Part shown: positions 37,482-47,056 of the stretch, piece by piece | How the letters are laid out: each line of letters starts with the position of its first letter | Position numbering within the stretch: the stretch's first letter is position 1 | Source of the DNA: Candidatus Geohabitans tengchongensis | Lineage (GTDB): Bacteria > Sysuimicrobiota > Sysuimicrobiia > Sysuimicrobiales > Humicultoraceae | Direction: 5' to 3' | DNA length: 60,803 bases | Assembly (NCBI GenBank): GCA_031459625.1 | Contig: JAVKIH010000012.1 | Coordinates: forward strand, 5,936-66,738 | Translations under genes and position numbers: made by a program | Notes under the pieces: model-generated | The model's input: the letters and a program-made list of their open reading frames with translations, nothing else | Databases searched by the model: none | Told to the model about the DNA's origin: nothing

Positions 37482-38903
37482 TCAGGGCAACACCGCAGGC
37501 GTGGCGTTCACAGCCCGCAGCGCGTCGATGCGCCCCCAACCGTACACGTTGTAGTCGCTTGGACGGCCGCCGCAGGTCAGGTCCTGGATCGCGCGGGCAC
37601 TCCGCTCAACGATCACCCGCTGCCGACCGGGCGCGAGCGTGGGGTTCTTGGAGAGGACCAGGGCCACGACACCGGTCACGTGGGGGGCGGCCATGGAGGT
37701 CCCGCTGGCCAGGCCGTAGCAACTGTCGCAGAGATGGGTTGCGGAGCGGATGCTCACCCCGGGGGCCACGACATCGGGCTTGATGCTCCCGCCATTCTCC
37801 GGCGAGGCCGGTCCCCGGCTGCTGAATGGGGCGATCAGGTCCTCTCTGTCCACGGCGCCGGCCGCGAAGGCCCGCGTGTACTCCCCGGGGCTGCTCGTGC
37901 TCCCACAGGCCGGCCCGGCGTTCCCCCCGAGAAGACCGGGGTGATCCCGGCGGCCAGCCAGGCATCGATCAGGCCGGTAAAGGCCGTGCTGCCGCGGGGA
38001 GCGCCCCAGGAGTTGTTGATCGTATCCGGCATGGAGCGCGCCGGCAGGCCCAGCAGGAAGTCGGAGCACTCCAGGATGTCGGTGAGCGTGCCCCTCCCGC
38101 CCGCGTCCATCGCCTTGCAGGCGATCCACTTGGCGCTTCTGGCCACCCCGATGCCCAGGGCCCAGGCGCCCCACGGCCGTCCCCATCGTGTGGGTCCCGT
38201 GGAAGTGGTCGTCGTAGGGGACGCGCTCTCCGGCGACGGCGTCGAGCCAGCAGGTCCGGTGGGGACCGTCGCGGCCACATCGGTAGTTCCGGACCAGGGC
38301 CGCATGCGTGTGCCGGACGCCCGTATCGATCCCCGCCACCACGACCCCCTGGCCGCGGAAGCCGAGCGCCCACGCCGCCGGTGCCTGCACCTGCCGGATG
38401 TTCGACTGCACCGCCAGGATGCCCACGTCCGCGTCGGCAGGGCGGGCGCCGCCGACGAGCCATCCCTGCACCTGGACGGGTGTGTCGGCTTCGAGGGCGT
38501 CCACACCGGGGAGGGCGGCCAGGGTGGAGACGGCTGGCTGCCCGCCGGTCACCGAGACCACGTTGGTCGAGAAGAACCCCTGGAACGCCCTGACGAGTCC
38601 CTGCGCGTGCAGCTGCGTGAGCCGGTGGAGGACGGGGGCCTGGCTCCTGGCGGCCGTCGCCTTGAGGAGGTTGACCGTCCGCTCTCGCCGGGCCAGCCGG
38701 TCGGGCGCCGGCGGCAGACCGTCGAGCTGCGGCCGTGCCGACAGGACCACCAGGAAGGTGGCCTCCCCCGTCGGATTCGTGCCCATCTGCTCGAAGATGC
38801 GGGGATCGATCGGCGCCCGGGCCTGCGTCAGCGAGGGAGCGGCCGCCAGCAGGCAGAGGAGGACGAGCCCCGTCCAGGCCCCTATGACCTTCCGCACGGC
38901 CAC
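37482..38903 (-). CDS. S8 subtilisin-like serine peptidase (bacillopeptidase F-like) with two compensating frameshifts
   Basis: IDTG (Asp), HGTHTMG (His), GTSMAAPHV (Ser) are in the main frame. GIGVA..AKWIACK...INNSWG...GITPVFS sits in another frame between ~38170 and ~37925. Confidence 0.88.
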   Translation of the reverse strand: MAVRKVIGAWTGLVLLCLLAAAPSLTQARAPIDPRIFEQMGTNPTGEATFLVVLSARPQLDGLPPAPDRLARRERTVNLLKATAARSQAPVLHRLTQLHAQGLVRAFQGFFSTNVVSVTGGQPAVSTLAALPGVDALEADTPVQVQGWLVGGARPADADVGILAVQSNIRQVQAPAAWALGFRGQGVVVAGIDTGVRHTHAALVRNYRCGRDGPHRTCWLDAVAGERVPYDDHFHGTHTMGTAVGRLGPGHRGGQKRQVDRLQGDGRGREGHAHRHPGVLRLPAGPAGALHAGYDQQLLGRSPRQHGLYRPDRCLAGRRDHPGLLGGNAGPACGSTSSPGEYTRAFAAGAVDREDLIAPFSSRGPASPENGGSIKPDVVAPGVSIRSATHLCDSCYGLASGTSMAAPHVTGVVALVLSKNPTLAPGRQRVIVERSARAIQDLTCGGRPSDYNVYGWGRIDALRAVNATPAVLP

Positions 38904-39019
38904 CCACCTCTCCCAGGGGCGGAAGGATGCCCGAGGCTCCCTCCGCCCCCGGAGGCGCTGAACGAGACTCTCAGGCTGTAGCGTGAAGTCGTGAGGAGAC
39001 TACGGTGGTGCAGGAGCCT

Positions 39020-39033
39020 TTCCTGCGCAGGAA
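39020..39033. promoter_or_regulatory. Perfect 14-bp palindrome upstream of the VOC gene
   Basis: TTCCTGCGCAGGAA followed by a CATACT -10-like hexamer. Confidence 0.5.
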
Positions 39034-39066
39034 TATTGCGACATACTCTCATGCCCAGGGGGAGGG

Positions 39067-39807
39067 GTGCAGCCCATGACCGCCGATAGCACCGTCACCC
39101 TGACCTTCCTCACCGAGGGACACCGATACGAGGGAGCGGTTGCGCGCAGCGGCATCTTCCACGAGGCGCTCGAGCGTCTCCTCCCGGACGGGCTACGGGT
39201 GGGACGCCGCCTGACCATCCGCACTCCCGCCGGCGACCCCGTCTACCCGGACATGTTCATCGGCGAGACGGTGGCGCACTTCGGCACCCGGACCTTCCAC
39301 GTCACCAGCGAGCCGCTCGGCACCGTGCCGGGGTCCTGGCAGAACGTCGGCTTCGACCACATCGCCCTGGCCGTGTACGACCGCGCCGACGCCCGCCGCT
39401 TTTTCAGCGAGGTCCTCGGCCTGCGGGTCATCCGCGACGACGCCCACCAGACCGTGTTGACGGCGGGGGCGGGCGCGATCTTCCTCTTCGACGCCGCGCC
39501 GGGCCCGCTCAACCCCGGCGTCCCCTCGCGCGTGCACCACATCGGCTTCGTGGTCGACGACCTGGCGGCGGCCTGGCACCACGTGCGCCGCCACGGCCTG
39601 CCGTCCGACTACATGGTGCTGGAGCGGGACGAGCGCTGGTCGCTGTACTTCTTCTACGACAACGGCGACGTGCGCTTCATGGTGCAGCTGTCCGAGATCA
39701 AACCGGAGCACCGGGGCATCCCCCGCCCCGAGCGCTTCACCCGCCTCATGTACGACTACGGCCGTGGGCCCTACGGGGTGCGCGTTCCGGCCGAGGGGAA
39801 CCGCTGA
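39067..39807 (+). CDS. VOC/glyoxalase family protein with an extra ~85-aa N-terminal domain
   Basis: FDHIALAV.D...ARRFFSEVLGL, HHIGFVVDDL, SLYF. Confidence 0.85.
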   Translation: MQPMTADSTVTLTFLTEGHRYEGAVARSGIFHEALERLLPDGLRVGRRLTIRTPAGDPVYPDMFIGETVAHFGTRTFHVTSEPLGTVPGSWQNVGFDHIALAVYDRADARRFFSEVLGLRVIRDDAHQTVLTAGAGAIFLFDAAPGPLNPGVPSRVHHIGFVVDDLAAAWHHVRRHGLPSDYMVLERDERWSLYFFYDNGDVRFMVQLSEIKPEHRGIPRPERFTRLMYDYGRGPYGVRVPAEGNR

Positions 39808-39858
39808 GCCGAGGGGGATCGCTGAGGTCGACACAGCCCGCCACGCCGCCGGGGGCCC

Positions 39859-40368
39859 ATGGGTGAGCCGCCGATCGACGAGACGCCGCCGGTCGACGCG
39901 ACGCCGCCGGTCGACGCGACCTGGTACAGGAGGCCTCCGGGGGTGCCGGAGGAGACCTCCGCCGGGGGAGTCGTCGTGCGCCTGGAGAGCGGGCGGGTGT
40001 ACGTCGCGCTGGCGCGCGAGGGCCACTGGCCGCGCTACGTCCTGCCGAAGGGGCGGGTCGCGCCCGGCGAGTCCCTGGAGGAGGCCGCCCGCCGCGAGGT
40101 GGCCGAGGAGACCGGCCTCACCGACCTGACGCTGGTGGGCCCGCTCGGGGCGGTGGAGCGGCTGAGCTTCGACCGCTCGCGCTGGAAGACCACGCACTAC
40201 TTCCTCTTCCGCACCACCCAGCGCGAGGCCATACCGGCCGACGCGGCGCACCACCCCACCTTCGGCGGGTGGTTCCCCCTCGACTCGCTGCCGGAGATGT
40301 TGTGGCCCGAGCAGCGGGCTCTGTTGGAGACACACCGGGACCGCCTCGAGGCGGCCGCCCGCGGCTGA
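39859..40368 (+). CDS. NUDIX hydrolase (Ap4A-hydrolase-like)
   Basis: SAGGVV, LPKGRV.PGE.LEEAARREVAEETGL. Confidence 0.9.
   Translation: MGEPPIDETPPVDATPPVDATWYRRPPGVPEETSAGGVVVRLESGRVYVALAREGHWPRYVLPKGRVAPGESLEEAARREVAEETGLTDLTLVGPLGAVERLSFDRSRWKTTHYFLFRTTQREAIPADAAHHPTFGGWFPLDSLPEMLWPEQRALLETHRDRLEAAARG
39867..39920 (+). repeat. 18-bp tandem repeat x3 at the NUDIX N-terminus
   Basis: GCCGCCGRTCGACGMGAC x3, encoding PPIDET PPVDAT PPVDAT. Confidence 0.9.
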
Positions 40369-40389
40369 GCAGCCGCCTGCCCGCGCCCC

Positions 40390-41205
40390 TCACGGAGCGC
40401 TGAGCACCGCCACCACGGCCTCGTGCAGGTGGCCGTTGCTCGCCAGCACGTCCCACGAGCGCAGCGGCCCGCCGTGGATGTCGGAGACGCGCCCGCCCGC
40501 CTCCTCGACCAGCAGCAGCCCCGCCGCCACGTCCCAGAGGTTGAGCCCGGCCTCCCAGAAGGCATCCAGCCGACCGGCCGCCACGTAGGCCAGGTGCAGG
40601 GCGGCCGACCCCGTGTTGCGTACCCCGTGCACCACCTGGAGGAAGCGGCCCAACGGGCGCAGGTGCTCCGGCCGGACCTTCGTCCCGGAGAACCCCGTGG
40701 CCAGGAGGGCGTCCTCCAGCCGCGCCGTCACCGACACCTCGAGCCGCCTCGGGGCGCCGCTGTCCTGCAGGACCCAGGCACCGCGACCCCGCCCCGCCAC
40801 GAACAGCTCCCGCAGGACCGGGTCGCAGATCACCCCCAGAACGGTCTCCTCCCGGCGCTGCAGTGCGAGGGAGACGGTGAAGACCGGCACCCCGTGGGCG
40901 AAGTTGGTCGTGCCGTCGAGCGGGTCGGCCACCCAGCGGAACTCGCCGCCCGGGCGGCGCGCCCCCTCCTCGCCCAGGTAGCCGTGGTCGGGGAAGCGCG
41001 CCGTGACGGCCTGGAGCAGGAACGCCTCGACCTCCCGGTCGGCCCGGGTGACCAGGTTGGCGGGCCCTTTCAGGCGGATCTCCTTGTCCGCGGCCGTCTC
41101 GGCGAAGAGGGCCCCGAGACGCTCGCCGGCCCGCCGGGCCAGGTCGACGGCGAAGGCGGCGTACGGGTCGCTCAGGAAGTCCTCGAAGGTGCGATTGGCA
41201 TCCAC
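40390..41205 (-). CDS. suhB: Inositol monophosphatase family (SuhB-like)
   Basis: LVTRAD, GEEG, WVADPLDGTTNFAHG, GSAAL, WDVAAG. Confidence 0.92.
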   Translation of the reverse strand: MDANRTFEDFLSDPYAAFAVDLARRAGERLGALFAETAADKEIRLKGPANLVTRADREVEAFLLQAVTARFPDHGYLGEEGARRPGGEFRWVADPLDGTTNFAHGVPVFTVSLALQRREETVLGVICDPVLRELFVAGRGRGAWVLQDSGAPRRLEVSVTARLEDALLATGFSGTKVRPEHLRPLGRFLQVVHGVRNTGSAALHLAYVAAGRLDAFWEAGLNLWDVAAGLLLVEEAGGRVSDIHGGPLRSWDVLASNGHLHEAVVAVLSAP

Positions 41206-41265
41206 GTCCCCTTACTGTACCGCGTCGGCGGGGGAGTGGAGGGGCTGCCGGTCGAGGCGGCGCGA

Positions 41266-42528
41266 CTAGACGAAGGGCACGCGGTCGAACGGGGCGCCCA
41301 GGATCTTGATCGGGTCCGCGCCCAGCCAGCGCTCCAGCACCGTCGCGTAGACGGAGCGGAAGTCAATGGCGTGCTTGAGGTCCCCGTCGGTCAGGTCGGT
41401 GAGGCTGGGGTGCTGCCCGTAGAGACCGCCCTTGACCGCCGGCCCGAAGAGGAACATCGGTGCCGCCGTCCCGTGGTCGGTGCCGGCGCTGCCGTTCTCC
41501 GCCACCCGCCGCCCGAACTCGCTGAAGGCCAGCGTGAGCACCCGGTCGGCGTTGCCTTGGGGGCGCAGGTCGCGGTAGAAGGCCTCCACCCCTTCCGCCA
41601 GCTCGGCCAGCAGCCGCTCGTGGACGCCGCGCTGGGCGGCGTGGGTGTCGAACCCGGTCATGTGCGCGTAGTAGACCCGGGTGGGCAGCCCGCCGGCGAT
41701 CATCTGGGCGATCAGGCGCAGGCTGGCGGCGAAGTGGCTGTTGGGGTAGCCGGTCCCGCCACGGTAGCGCGCCACCGCCGCGCGCACCTGCTCCGCCGAG
41801 ACGTAGGCGTTCATGGCGGTGTGGCGCAGGAAGTCGATGGTGCCCGGTTCGTTGGGCGCCGGGGCGTTGAGCAGGCGGAAGAGCTCCACCTGCTCCTGCC
41901 GGCCGATCCCCTCGAAGCTCGGCATCCACTGGAAGGCCTCGGGGGACTCCAGGGTCACCCCCTGCCCGGAGGCGGCCCGCATCGCCAGCGGGAGCGTGGG
42001 CCCCACGTTCACGCCCACGGTGGGCTGCTCGCACACCGGGCACTGGCTGTCGAAGTAGCGGCCGATCCAGCCGTAGCGCACCACCCGGCCCTCCGGGTCG
42101 GCGGTGTGCCAGATCTCCATGGAGCGGAAGTGGGAGCGGCTGGGGTTGGGATAGCCCACCCCCTGCACGACGGCCACCGCACCCTGATCGTAGAGCCCCT
42201 TCAACCGCGCCAGCGCAGGGTGCAGGCCGAGCGAGTCGGTGAGCCGCAAGACGTCCTTCTGCGGCACAGCCAGCGTGGGGCGCGCCCGGTAGTAGGCGTC
42301 GTCGGCGAAGGGCACCACCGTGTTCAGCCCGTCGTTCCCGCCGCCGAGCTGCACGACCACCAGGATGCGCTGGTCGGGGACGCCGGGGCGGCTCTGCACC
42401 TCGGCAACGTCCCAGGGGTTGGTCATGGCCAGGGCCGTGCGGGTGAGGAAGGCGGGCGCGGTGGCGCCCACGGCCACCATGGTCAGCCCCTTCTTCACGA
42501 ACTCGCGCCGGGTCATGCCGTGCGGCAT
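41266..42528 (-). CDS. DUF1501 family protein with Tat signal
   Basis: TRREFVK, QLGGGNDGLNTVVP, SRSHFRS, GFDTHA.Q, SEFGRRVAENGSAGTDHG. Confidence 0.92.
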   Translation of the reverse strand: MPHGMTRREFVKKGLTMVAVGATAPAFLTRTALAMTNPWDVAEVQSRPGVPDQRILVVVQLGGGNDGLNTVVPFADDAYYRARPTLAVPQKDVLRLTDSLGLHPALARLKGLYDQGAVAVVQGVGYPNPSRSHFRSMEIWHTADPEGRVVRYGWIGRYFDSQCPVCEQPTVGVNVGPTLPLAMRAASGQGVTLESPEAFQWMPSFEGIGRQEQVELFRLLNAPAPNEPGTIDFLRHTAMNAYVSAEQVRAAVARYRGGTGYPNSHFAASLRLIAQMIAGGLPTRVYYAHMTGFDTHAAQRGVHERLLAELAEGVEAFYRDLRPQGNADRVLTLAFSEFGRRVAENGSAGTDHGTAAPMFLFGPAVKGGLYGQHPSLTDLTDGDLKHAIDFRSVYATVLERWLGADPIKILGAPFDRVPFV

Positions 42529-42541
42529 GGGCGGCCTCCTC

Positions 42542-43999
42542 TCAGCAGAGCTGGTACTCCGGCATGCTCAGGATCAGGTGGAGCGCGGTACGGACCCGCT
42601 GCAGGGTGAACCGGACAGAGTCGGTGGGACGGTTCGCCCCGAGGGCCCGCAGCAGGGCGAAGGTGCGTTTCCGGTCGAGGACCGCGCCCGGCAGGAACCG
42701 GCGGATGAGCGCCGCCACCGCCTCCCCGGCCGTCTCCGCCCCGTCCAGGAGCCCGGCCACCTCCACGGGGCGCAGCCCTCCGGCCGCCCGGCGGGGGACG
42801 CCCGGCATCTGCCCGTTGGTGAGCAGCCCCGCGAAGTTGTAGCGGACCAGGATGGTGGAGGTGGTGATCCACCCCTCGCCGCTCGGCCAGCCGCCCACGT
42901 GCGGCGGGATCAGCAGCGCCTGGCCCATCAGGTCCATCGCCAGCGTGAGCGCGCGGGCGGCCTCGGAGCCCAGGCCGAGCAGGCGGGCCGTGCCGATGAC
43001 GAGCTGCGCCGGGCTCTTCACCTGGGCTCGCAGGGCCTGCGGGGCGTAGAAGGCCTCCGAGCGCAGGATGGTCCGCACGAGCGGCCCCACCTCGAAGTCG
43101 ACGGCGCGGAAGGTGCGGGCCAGCTCCTCCACCAGGCCGTCGGGCGGGCGGTAGCCGGCGAAGAACTCGAAGAGGCGGCGCGGCAGGAAGCGCGCCGTGG
43201 CCGGCTGCTCGAAGATGATGTCGATGACGTCCGTGCCGTCGAAAGGCCCGGTGCGCCCGAGGAAGGTCTTCACCCCGTCGTCGTGCTGCGCCCGGTTGAA
43301 GACGAACTCGGTGCCCCGGAAGGTCCACCCGGTGAAGGCGCGGGCGGCCTCCTTGACGTCCTGCTCGGTGTAGTGGCCGATCCCCATGGTGAAGAGCTCG
43401 AGGAGTTCCCGGGCGTAGTTCTCGTTGGGGCGGCCCTTGCGGTTGCTGGCGTTGTCCAGGTAGGTGAGCATGGCCGGGTCGCGGCTGATCGCCAGGATCA
43501 GCGCCTTGAAGTTGCCCAGGGCCATGCGGCGGAAGAGCTCGTTCTGCTGGTAGAGCAGGACGGGGTTGCGCACCTCGGGGAAGCCGGAGACCAGCAGCCC
43601 GTGCCAGAAGAGGACCATCTTCTCCTGGAGCGGCCGGTGCGTCTGCACCATGCGTGCCACCCACCACTCCCGCGTGGCCTGCAACGCCTCCCGCTGCGAC
43701 CGCACGATGCGCTGGGCCAGGGCGCGGCGGGCGGCCTCGTCGGCCCCGGTGCGGCGCAGCGCCTCCGCCTCGTCGGCCAGGCGGCCGAGCTCGCTGTAGT
43801 CGGGCGGTGGGAACGCCTCGGGGGTGCGCTCGTAGCCGAGCAGCTCCTCGACGGCGCCGTCCGGGCCGAGGGCGACCAGGCGGCGCACCTCCTCCGGCGG
43901 CCCGCCGAAGCCGGCCCGGTTGAGCAGGTGGGCGGCCCGGACTTCGTCCCAGGGGGCACTGGCGGTAGGACGGAACCGGCGCAGGGACGGCTCGGCCAC
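42542..43999 (-). CDS. DUF1800 family protein
   Basis: AHLLNRAGFG, EKMVLFWH, PAML.YLD, PNENYARELLELFTMG, ARAFTGW, P.VGGW. Confidence 0.93.
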   Translation of the reverse strand: MAEPSLRRFRPTASAPWDEVRAAHLLNRAGFGGPPEEVRRLVALGPDGAVEELLGYERTPEAFPPPDYSELGRLADEAEALRRTGADEAARRALAQRIVRSQREALQATREWWVARMVQTHRPLQEKMVLFWHGLLVSGFPEVRNPVLLYQQNELFRRMALGNFKALILAISRDPAMLTYLDNASNRKGRPNENYARELLELFTMGIGHYTEQDVKEAARAFTGWTFRGTEFVFNRAQHDDGVKTFLGRTGPFDGTDVIDIIFEQPATARFLPRRLFEFFAGYRPPDGLVEELARTFRAVDFEVGPLVRTILRSEAFYAPQALRAQVKSPAQLVIGTARLLGLGSEAARALTLAMDLMGQALLIPPHVGGWPSGEGWITTSTILVRYNFAGLLTNGQMPGVPRRAAGGLRPVEVAGLLDGAETAGEAVAALIRRFLPGAVLDRKRTFALLRALGANRPTDSVRFTLQRVRTALHLILSMPEYQLC

Positions 44000-44067
44000 A
44001 GGTCACCCCTCCCCTTCCGTTACGACACCCGGCACCATCCGGAGGTTTAGCCGGGGCGCGGTCGAAG

Positions 44068-44595
44068 ATGGCCGCGACCGTGGAGATCGACCGCGCCCGC
44101 CCTGCCGACCTCCCCACCCTCCTCGAGCTGTGGGGCGACCTGGCGGCCTTCCACGCCGGGCTGGACCCCGCCTTCGCGCCCGCCCCGCACTGGCGGAGCG
44201 CCTACGAAGCCTACCTGCTCGACCTGATGCACCGCGACGACGCCCGCGTCCTGGTGGCCCGCGTGGCCGGGACGGTGGTGGCCTTTGCCGTCGGCCGCCT
44301 CACCACCCTCCCGCCCTTCTTCGCCGACCGGCGCCGCGGGTACATCCAGGACGTGGTGACCCACCCGCGCTACCGGCGCCGCGGCATCGCCACCCGCCTG
44401 GTCGAGCACCTCCTGGCCTGGATGGCGGAAGAGGGCATCGCCACGGTCGAGCTCACCGTGGCCGTCGGGAATCCCGAGGCCATGCGCTTCTGGGAGCGGC
44501 TCGGCTTCCGGGTCTACATGCACCAGGCGCGCCGGCAGCTTCACGCGCCCGCACCTCCGGCCCCGTCCGGCAGGCGCGGCGGGAAGACGAGATAG
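44068..44595 (+). CDS. GNAT family N-acetyltransferase
   Basis: V.HPRYRRRGIATRL, N.EAMRFWERLGF. Confidence 0.9.
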   Translation: MAATVEIDRARPADLPTLLELWGDLAAFHAGLDPAFAPAPHWRSAYEAYLLDLMHRDDARVLVARVAGTVVAFAVGRLTTLPPFFADRRRGYIQDVVTHPRYRRRGIATRLVEHLLAWMAEEGIATVELTVAVGNPEAMRFWERLGFRVYMHQARRQLHAPAPPAPSGRRGGKTR

Positions 44596-45776
44596 CTCAC
44601 CAGCCAGCCGGCCACGCCGCAGAGCACGGTGACGCCCACCCACAGGTCCGCGCTCCACGCCACCCGCGAGGCCGGGAAGAGGTCGGACAGCCCGACGACC
44701 CCGCGCGATCCGTGTCCCCGCGCGCCCTGCAGGGCCGCCAGCGTCAGGAAAGAGGCGAGGGCGGTGGCGGCCGGGACCAGCGCGGCCACCAGGCGCACCT
44801 GACCCGAGTCCGAGCCTCCCTGCCCCCCGCCGAGGCGGTCGACGAGCCGGTCTCCCGCCAGGCCGGCCAGGACGATCCCCGGGACCAGGACCACCGTGCC
44901 GCGCAGGAGGCTGAGAGGGACAACACTCAGGGTGAGGAGCAGCGTGACGGCGCCGGAGGGCAGGCGCGGCCACCGCCGCAACAGCAGGAGGAGGCCGCCG
45001 GTCAGGGAGACGCTCTGGACGAGGTAGCCCAGCACCCCGAGACCGTAGATGTGCGCGCCGACCCCGTAGCGCGAGGGGGTGCCGAGCGTCCCGTAGCTCA
45101 CGCCGGCCGCCAGCGGCTCCACCACCGGGTGCGCGTACTGGACCATGTAGCCGACGAGGAAGAGGAACAGCCCCAGGGAGAGCACCGCGGGAAAGGCGTC
45201 CCGGGGCCGTCGACGCCCTGCGGGCGCACACCAGGCGCGGCGCAGCGGGTCGAGGAGGATGAGCCCGAGCCCGGCGGCGTGGAGAACCTGGAAGGGGTGG
45301 AGGAGCGGGGTGAGGGGTTCGTCGATGGTCAGGGGGCTCGGGCCGCGGAAGGGACCCGGCCGCAACAAAGTCCCGGTGACCCCCCCGAGGACCAGCAGCA
45401 GGCCCACCGCCGGGAGGCTCTCCTGGCCCAGTTCCTGGACCGCTCGACCAGCCGATCCGCGCCCCGGCCCTCCGAGGCGCGCCAGCCGGCCGGCTGTCAG
45501 GACCGCCACCGCGCCCAGGCCCAGGAAGTACGGCAGGTGCAGGGGAACGGGGGCGGCGGGGAGGCCGAGCGCCACGGACGGCGGGCCGCGCCGCTCCGTC
45601 CGGGGGGCGAGCGTGTGTGCCAGGTGGCGGTGGTGGGCCCACCCGTCCAGCACCACGGCGGCGACGAGCCAGGCTGCCAGGAGGACGCCCGTCCAGAGCC
45701 TGGCCGGGACCATGGCCCGCTGGCGGGGATGCGCGACCGCGGTGCCTCGCCGTGTTGCCCCGGTCTCCGTGGCCAT
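44541..45776 (-). CDS. Multi-pass membrane protein of unknown function
   Basis: About 10 hydrophobic segments; an LDGWAH motif after the first TM. Confidence 0.7.
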   Translation of the reverse strand: MATETGATRRGTAVAHPRQRAMVPARLWTGVLLAAWLVAAVVLDGWAHHRHLAHTLAPRTERRGPPSVALGLPAAPVPLHLPYFLGLGAVAVLTAGRLARLGGPGRGSAGRAVQELGQESLPAVGLLLVLGGVTGTLLRPGPFRGPSPLTIDEPLTPLLHPFQVLHAAGLGLILLDPLRRAWCAPAGRRRPRDAFPAVLSLGLFLFLVGYMVQYAHPVVEPLAAGVSYGTLGTPSRYGVGAHIYGLGVLGYLVQSVSLTGGLLLLLRRWPRLPSGAVTLLLTLSVVPLSLLRGTVVLVPGIVLAGLAGDRLVDRLGGGQGGSDSGQVRLVAALVPAATALASFLTLAALQGARGHGSRGVVGLSDLFPASRVAWSADLWVGVTVLCGVAGWLVSYLVFPPRLPDGAGGAGA

Positions 45777-45911
45777 CCCGCGTCTCCCCGCGCCCGCTTA
45801 GGCGACCGCAGGGGGAACTCCTCCATCGCCGGGCGCATCGAGGGGTGAGCGTGCCCGCACGAAAAAATTGCGCACAGGGAGGCGAGCGCGCCCGCCCGAA
45901 ATGATGCAGGG

Positions 45912-47051
45912 ATGACGGACCGCCTCGAGACCGTCTACCGTTCGGTGCGCGACGCCGGGCTGCAGGCCCTCATCGTCTCCACCCCGGCCAACACCTACTA
46001 CCTGACGGGCTTCCGGGCGGTCACCTACTCCCGGCCGGTGGTGGTGGTCCTCACCGCCTCCCCGGTGCTGGTCATCCCGGAACTGGAGGCCGCCCACGCC
46101 CAGGCCCGTTCCCGGGTGCGCGATATCCGCACCTACGCCGACACCGGCCTCGGCGGGCTGGCCGGCAAACACCCGGTCCACCTCGCCCTCGACCTCACGA
46201 TCGAGGTCCTGCGCAGCCAGGAAGTGCGGGGGCCCGTCGGCTTCGAGGCCGGCGGGCTGACCTTCGAGGGGTATGCCTACCTGCGCGAGCACGCCCCCTG
46301 GGAGCTGCAGCCCACCCGGCGGCTGGTGGAGGCGCCGCGCATGGTCAAGGACGCGGGGGAGCTGGAGCTGATCCGCCGCGGCTGCCTGCTGGCCGAGCAC
46401 GGCATGGCCGTGGAGGTGGACGCGAGCCAGGTAGGGGCGGCGGAGGTGGCCATCATGGCGGAGGGCAACGCGGCGATGCTGCGCGAGGCCGCCCGCCGCT
46501 TCTCCGACGACGAGGTCGCTGCCAGCTCCCGGCCGGTCTCCGGCGAGAAGACGGTGCTGCCCCACTCCATCCCCTCGGGGCGTCAGCTGCGCTCCGGGGA
46601 CGTGGTCATCCACGGCACGGGCTGCACCGTGAACGGCTACTACAGCGAGGACGAGCGGACCATCTTCGTGGAGAAGGCCACGGCGGAGCAGCGCGGGCTC
46701 TTCGAGGTGATGGTGCGCGCCCAGCAGGCGGCCCTGGCGGCCATCCGGCCGGGCGTCCCCTGTCGGGAGGTGGACCGGGCGGCGCGCGCCGTCATCGAGG
46801 AAGCGGGCTTCGGGGCGTTCTTCATCCACCGCACCGGGCACGGGATCGGCATCGACTACCACGAGCTGCCCTTCTTCGCCCCCGGGGACGAGACCGTGCT
46901 GCAGCCGGGCATGGTCCTGTCGGTCGAGCCCGGCATCTACGTGCCGGGTGTGGGCGGGTTCCGCCACTCCGACACCATCGTGGTCACCGAGGACGGGTGC
47001 GAGGTCCTCACCCACTACCCCAAGGACCTCGATTCGCTGATCGTGGGCTGA
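45912..47051 (+). CDS. M24 Xaa-Pro peptidase/creatinase family
   Basis: NTYYLTGF, RMVKD..E, LPH, SEDERT, HRTGHGIG..YHE, SVEPGIY, FRHSDT. Confidence 0.92.
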   Translation: MTDRLETVYRSVRDAGLQALIVSTPANTYYLTGFRAVTYSRPVVVVLTASPVLVIPELEAAHAQARSRVRDIRTYADTGLGGLAGKHPVHLALDLTIEVLRSQEVRGPVGFEAGGLTFEGYAYLREHAPWELQPTRRLVEAPRMVKDAGELELIRRGCLLAEHGMAVEVDASQVGAAEVAIMAEGNAAMLREAARRFSDDEVAASSRPVSGEKTVLPHSIPSGRQLRSGDVVIHGTGCTVNGYYSEDERTIFVEKATAEQRGLFEVMVRAQQAALAAIRPGVPCREVDRAARAVIEEAGFGAFFIHRTGHGIGIDYHELPFFAPGDETVLQPGMVLSVEPGIYVPGVGGFRHSDTIVVTEDGCEVLTHYPKDLDSLIVG

Positions 47052-47056
47052 GGGCG

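Noticed and set aside
38910..39010. Glycine riboswitch (CTCTCAGG seen at ~38968-38975)
   Set aside because: The GGAGA and CCGAAG core elements are not correctly placed, and the gene context does not fit.
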